Shown here piece by piece: positions 58,093 through 61,141 of a stretch of 61,141 nucleotides of DNA. The translations under genes were made by a program, and so were the position numbers. The DNA comes from a virus (taxonomy: Duplodnaviria; Caudoviricetes). Location of the stretch: positions 1 to 61,141 of the IMG/VR virus record IMGVR_UViG_3300037963_003681; one strand, written 5' to 3'. How positions within the stretch are numbered: position 1 is the first letter of the stretch; each line of letters opens with the position of its first letter. The notes beneath the pieces were generated by a model that did not search any database, was not told the origin of the DNA, and was given only the letters and a program-made list of their open reading frames with translations.

Positions 58093-58251
58093 ATGATGTT
58101 GACAATCGCCACACTATTGAGTATGTTTGTAGGATTCGAGGGATATGATAATGGCAAAGTTTACTTTGGAGTTTATACCCCTCAATGTGAGTATGGTTAT
58201 GTGATCACGCCGGAGGAAATTTACTTGGACACAATTTTTGAAAAAAACTAA
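58093..58251 (+). CDS. Small protein (52 aa) with hydrophobic N-terminus, not in ORF track
   Basis: GGAG RBS; MMLTIATLLSMFVGFEGYDNGKVYFG... Confidence 0.65.
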   Translation: MMLTIATLLSMFVGFEGYDNGKVYFGVYTPQCEYGYVITPEEIYLDTIFEKN

Positions 58252-58288
58252 ATTTTTCACTTGACAACGCCGATAATGTATGTATACT
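58249..58288 (+). promoter_or_regulatory. Overlapping sigma28-type and sigma70 promoters
   Basis: TAAA(58249)-N16-GCCGATAA(58269) and TTGACA(58261)-N16-TATACT. Confidence 0.8.
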
Positions 58289-58321
58289 TGGAATATAACA
58301 CTTAACCTTGGAGACTTGATT

Positions 58322-58540
58322 ATGACACCGCAAGAAAACATTTATCGTTCAGATGAAGACGTTGTTGATGGGCTTGACATTCGTGACATGATGGAGGATG
58401 ATCAGTACGAACATGCCTTCTATGATGATGTTGATGACGGACAGCCTGATCTTGAGCAGGAATGTGACGACCTGTACGGATACGGGCCGGAATGGGATTG
58501 CTACCACGATTGTATTGACTATCCAGAGGATTGGGGGTAA
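58322..58540 (+). CDS. Highly acidic small protein (72 aa)
   Basis: GGAG RBS; 26 D/E versus 2 R and 0 K; DDGQPDLEQE motif. Confidence 0.75.
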   Translation: MTPQENIYRSDEDVVDGLDIRDMMEDDQYEHAFYDDVDDGQPDLEQECDDLYGYGPEWDCYHDCIDYPEDWG

Positions 58541-58543
58541 AAT

Positions 58544-58726
58544 ATGGACATGCCATACTATTTTGACGAATTTGCGACTGAAGATATACAGATGTGGGTG
58601 CGTGAGGCAGGCAAGGAAATTCCACGGGCAAAGTTGAGAGGAGACTTGGACGATGTAAAAAATTGGGAAAATATTGTTCGATCAGGTTCTAAGGAATTAC
58701 TACGACGATGGAGGGACGGAGAATGA
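58544..58726 (+). CDS. Hypothetical protein (60 aa)
   Basis: ORF in operon. Confidence 0.65.
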   Translation: MDMPYYFDEFATEDIQMWVREAGKEIPRAKLRGDLDDVKNWENIVRSGSKELLRRWRDGE

Positions 58727-58950
58727 ATAACGCTATGGATCCAAATTTCAGATATTACGACTGTTCAAATATTGTCAATGAAATTACTGGCGAAGAGGAA
58801 AACAATTTGTCGATAATGGTAGCAGTGCCTAAGATTGATCTTAGTACAGCAGAGAATAGACAGGAAAATCTAGCGGCCATTTCAGGTATTGTAGAGGAGC
58901 AATACGGTGGCGGTGTCGAAAGTTTTACTTGTGAGGAGTATACAGGATGA
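58723..58950 (+). CDS. Acidic hypothetical protein (75 aa)
   Basis: ATGA overlap with the previous gene; GGAG/GAGG upstream. Confidence 0.65.
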   Translation: MNNAMDPNFRYYDCSNIVNEITGEEENNLSIMVAVPKIDLSTAENRQENLAAISGIVEEQYGGGVESFTCEEYTG

Positions 58951-59138
58951 GTTTTTTAGAATTAGATTTTGCTAGTGTTGTAATCGGTTACGCTATTGGT
59001 GTCGCTCTAATGTGGAGCATACACACACTTTTATTTGAGGAGGAACTTGATGAATCGACGACAAAGAGACACGATGAAGCTGTTAGGAATAGCCCTTATT
59101 CTTGGAATTATCCTTACGATAGCTCTACATCTAACTGA
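58947..59138 (+). CDS. Small membrane protein (63 aa)
   Basis: FASVVIGYAIGVALMWSIHTLLF hydrophobic helix; GAGGAG RBS. Confidence 0.6.
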   Translation: MSFLELDFASVVIGYAIGVALMWSIHTLLFEEELDESTTKRHDEAVRNSPYSWNYPYDSSTSN

Positions 59139-59169
59139 AGGGGCGGCGGCTCCACCTAACTTTTTATAA
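59050..59169 (+). CDS. Small membrane peptide (39 aa), not in ORF track
   Basis: GAGGAGGA RBS; MNRRQRDTMKLLGIALILGIILTIALHL... Confidence 0.6.
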   Translation: MNRRQRDTMKLLGIALILGIILTIALHLTEGAAAPPNFL

Positions 59170-59174
59170 ATCCG

Positions 59175-59203
59175 CGTAACTCGTTGCTGTATAAGGACTT
59201 ACG
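59175..59203. repeat. 29-bp palindromic element, copy 2
   Basis: CGTAACTCGTTG-CTGTA-TAAGGACTTACG. Confidence 0.8.
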
Positions 59204-59241
59204 GCAACGGGGCGGGCTCAAAATTTTTTTTATTTTTTCTA

Positions 59242-59278
59242 TTGACAGCTAAAGTTTTGCATGGTAAAATGTCGATAT
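59242..59278 (+). promoter_or_regulatory. Overlapping sigma70 and sigma28-type promoters
   Basis: TTGACA-N17-TAAAAT (with TGn extension) and TAAA(GTTT)(59250)-N17-GTCGATAT. Confidence 0.75.
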
Positions 59279-59298
59279 AACACTTAGGAGGAAACAAT

Positions 59299-59610
59299 AT
59301 GACACACGCAGAAGCAACCGCATTAGTTTTGGGAAAGAATAACAGAATGCAACGCAAGGTAGCCAACAATACCACCGCAAGAATCAAGCCGGATGGTAGC
59401 GTAGCTTTCATGCTGTACAGTACAGACGTTGTGACTATTCACGATGACGATAGCGTAACGCTAAGGCATGGTGGACACAAAACAGACACAACAAAAAACA
59501 GAATCAATCGTTTCAGTCCTTTTTATGTACGCCAAAAAAATTGGGAATGGTATGTAAATGGGATTGCAGCTTTTGAGGATGGAATGACGATTAAGAATTA
59601 TAAGTCTTGA
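59299..59610 (+). CDS. Phage hypothetical protein (103 aa)
   Basis: AGGAGG RBS; RKVANNT...TTKNRINRF...VRQKNWEWYV. Confidence 0.8.
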   Translation: MTHAEATALVLGKNNRMQRKVANNTTARIKPDGSVAFMLYSTDVVTIHDDDSVTLRHGGHKTDTTKNRINRFSPFYVRQKNWEWYVNGIAAFEDGMTIKNYKS

Positions 59611-59635
59611 CACGGTGTCAAGTCTATGGTAGAAT
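59606..59635 (+). promoter_or_regulatory. Sigma70 promoter whose -35 box lies within a perfect palindrome
   Basis: CTTGACAC-G-GTGTCAAG; TTGACA-N17-TAGAAT with TG extension. Confidence 0.75.
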
Positions 59636-59671
59636 GTTAGTATGGTTTTTTCACACTTTGGAGTTTTTATT

Positions 59672-60055
59672 ATGGATAACGTGTTTATTTCTCTGAGCAT
59701 TATTGTTGTATCGGCTACAGCGTTGGTAATGTTCGGTATCTATTCTGTTTACGGTGGTCGTGCTGCTAGTCTATGCGAAGCAAAGCCGGGGCAGGTTTAC
59801 AATTTCGAGTACATGCAGCCATTGAATGGTGAAAGCAAGCGTGTACTGGCAAGAGTCATCGAGAAGCCGCACAGGTTTTCCGATGCTAACCTTCGCAGTA
59901 TGAATGCTAGGTCTTCTTATCGTAAGAATGATCCGACATTCAAACGAACTAATCACATCGTGACATGTGAAACGCACGATGGTGAAATTCGACAGTTCTA
60001 CTGTGAACGTGTCAAGAATTGCCGCAAGCCGCTGTTTGGTACGCTTGTGGCGTAA
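59672..60055 (+). CDS. Membrane-anchored hypothetical protein (about 127 aa)
   Basis: GGAG RBS before MDNVFISLSIIVVSATALVMFGIY (TM helix), followed by a soluble basic domain. Confidence 0.7.
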   Translation: MDNVFISLSIIVVSATALVMFGIYSVYGGRAASLCEAKPGQVYNFEYMQPLNGESKRVLARVIEKPHRFSDANLRSMNARSSYRKNDPTFKRTNHIVTCETHDGEIRQFYCERVKNCRKPLFGTLVA

Positions 60056-60083
60056 CGCTCTCTTCGTGGTGTGTGTGAACCGG

Positions 60084-60164
60084 CCTAAGTTGTTGCCTAG
60101 CAATGACTTAGGTTCGGTCATGCCCGCACGATTTCCGTAAGTGCTTGCCAGCTATAGACTTACG
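60084..60164. repeat. 29-bp palindromic element, copies 3 and 4
   Basis: CCTAAGTTGTTG-CCTAG-CAATGACTTAGG (60084-60112) and CGTAAGTGCTTG-CCAGC-TATAGACTTACG (60136-60164). Confidence 0.82.
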
Positions 60165-60235
60165 ACGATTTGTCCTACCCAAACCAACCCGTTGGATTAT
60201 ATGGATACAGCCAGCCAAAAAAGCGCAAAATTTTC

Positions 60236-60275
60236 TCAAGATTATTGTTGACACAGGACGATAATAGGGTATACT
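60236..60275 (+). promoter_or_regulatory. Overlapping sigma28-type and sigma70 promoters
   Basis: TCAA(60236)-N17-GACGATAA and TTGACA(60248)-N16-TATACT. Confidence 0.72.
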
Positions 60276-60301
60276 AAGGTGAAACACTAACGGAGGCAGT
60301 T

Positions 60302-61075
60302 ATGAAATTCTCAGCAGCAAATACTAAGCTCAAAAAATTATACAAACTCGCAACAACAATTCTCAAGCGGTGGTTGGGTCAGAAAATTGGACGGTCTACT
60401 CCCAAAGTTTATTCTTTCGATATTTTATCGGGGGTAGACTGTCCTTTTGCTTTCAACTGCAAGTCTCAGGCCGAAGAACAGGCAGACGGTAGTCGCAGAA
60501 TCAAGGACGGGCCAGATACAAAATTCCGTTGTTTTTCTGCTAGTCAAGAAGTATTGTTCACTAATACATATCTCAGCCGCAAGCGTAATCACGACGCTAT
60601 TCACGCACTAGCAACGTCCGACGATATGGCAGACGCATTGTGTGCAGCATTACCCAAGGATGCCAGAGTCGTTCGTATTCATGTGTCTGGCGATATGTTC
60701 AGTCACAAGTATTTCATGGCATGGATCAAAGTCGCAGAGCGTAATCAAGATGTTTTATTCTATGCTTACACTAAGTCTCTGACGTATTGGGTTCGTAGTC
60801 GTGACCTTGTGCCGACTAATCTTGTTCTGACTGCATCATACGGTGGTCGTGACGATCATCTGATTGCAGAGCATGGTCTGCGATCTGCTAAGGTTGTTTT
60901 CAGCAGACAAGAAGCCGCCGATCTTGGTCTGGAAATCGACAACGACGATAGTCATGCTTGCGATCCGACAAAAGCAAATCAGGATTTTGCTCTGCTGATT
61001 CACGGCGTTCAACCCAAGGGCAGCAAAGCAGCGGAAGCCTTGAAGATTCTCAAAAAAGAGGAGGTAGCAGCATGA
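60302..61075 (+). CDS. Gene product 88 (GP88)-like protein (257 aa)
   Basis: SFDILSGVDCPFAFNC...CFSA...VRIHVSGDMFS...YAYTKS...PTNLVLTASYG; GGAGG RBS. Confidence 0.75.
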   Translation: MKFSAANTKLKKLYKLATTILKRWLGQKIGRSTPKVYSFDILSGVDCPFAFNCKSQAEEQADGSRRIKDGPDTKFRCFSASQEVLFTNTYLSRKRNHDAIHALATSDDMADALCAALPKDARVVRIHVSGDMFSHKYFMAWIKVAERNQDVLFYAYTKSLTYWVRSRDLVPTNLVLTASYGGRDDHLIAEHGLRSAKVVFSRQEAADLGLEIDNDDSHACDPTKANQDFALLIHGVQPKGSKAAEALKILKKEEVAA

Positions 61076-61141
61076 AAGCCTACGTAGCATCTGGTAATTT
61101 TAGGAAAGTAATAAATTCGGATCTTGGCAAAAAAGATATAA
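61072..61141 (+). CDS. Partial hypothetical protein (runs off right edge)
   Basis: GAGGAGG RBS; ATGA overlap; MKAYVASGNFRKVINS... Confidence 0.55.
   Translation, partial: MKAYVASGNFRKVINSDLGKKDI

Noticed and set aside
57891-60164. 29-bp repeats as a CRISPR array
   Set aside because: Copies are degenerate and separated by 23 bp to more than 1 kb of protein-coding genes; no cas genes are present.
56072-61090. Minus-strand ORFs in the early region
   Set aside because: They overlap plus-strand genes that have clear promoters and RBSs, and show no recognisable motifs.
55540-61141. tRNA or other known ncRNA genes in intergenic gaps
   Set aside because: No cloverleaf or T-loop signature was recognised by eye; tRNAscan-SE or Infernal would be needed to exclude them.

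Overview
The window is part of a large tailed dsDNA phage genome (Caudoviricetes, probably siphovirus-like) in the standard genetic code. Positions 1-55214 form one minus-strand late region. Read in transcription order it contains: a sigma-factor-like gene, a putative TerS, GDP-mannose 4,6-dehydratase, HNH and ERCC4 nucleases, TerL, portal, protease/scaffold, decoration protein and major capsid protein. These are followed by about 32 kb of giant fibre/adhesin genes (2339, 4438, 1451, 878, 563, 383 aa) inserted among the head-neck genes, then neck/tail-completion genes, the tail tube, chaperone-like genes and a >2160-aa tape measure that runs off the left edge. From about 55850 a divergent plus-strand module of small early/host-takeover-type genes begins. 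Its most striking feature is regulatory. Most transcription units are headed by interdigitated sigma70 (TTGACA..TAnnnT) and sigma28/FliA-type (TAAA/TCAA-N16-17-GCCGATAW) promoters. The first unit also has a perfect sigma54 promoter with an enhancer-like pair of 15-bp repeats. Several units are separated by a recurring 29-bp palindrome. Late units share a GTGTAT element that may be read by the phage sigma factor. All product calls come from motifs and synteny read by eye; no database searches were run.
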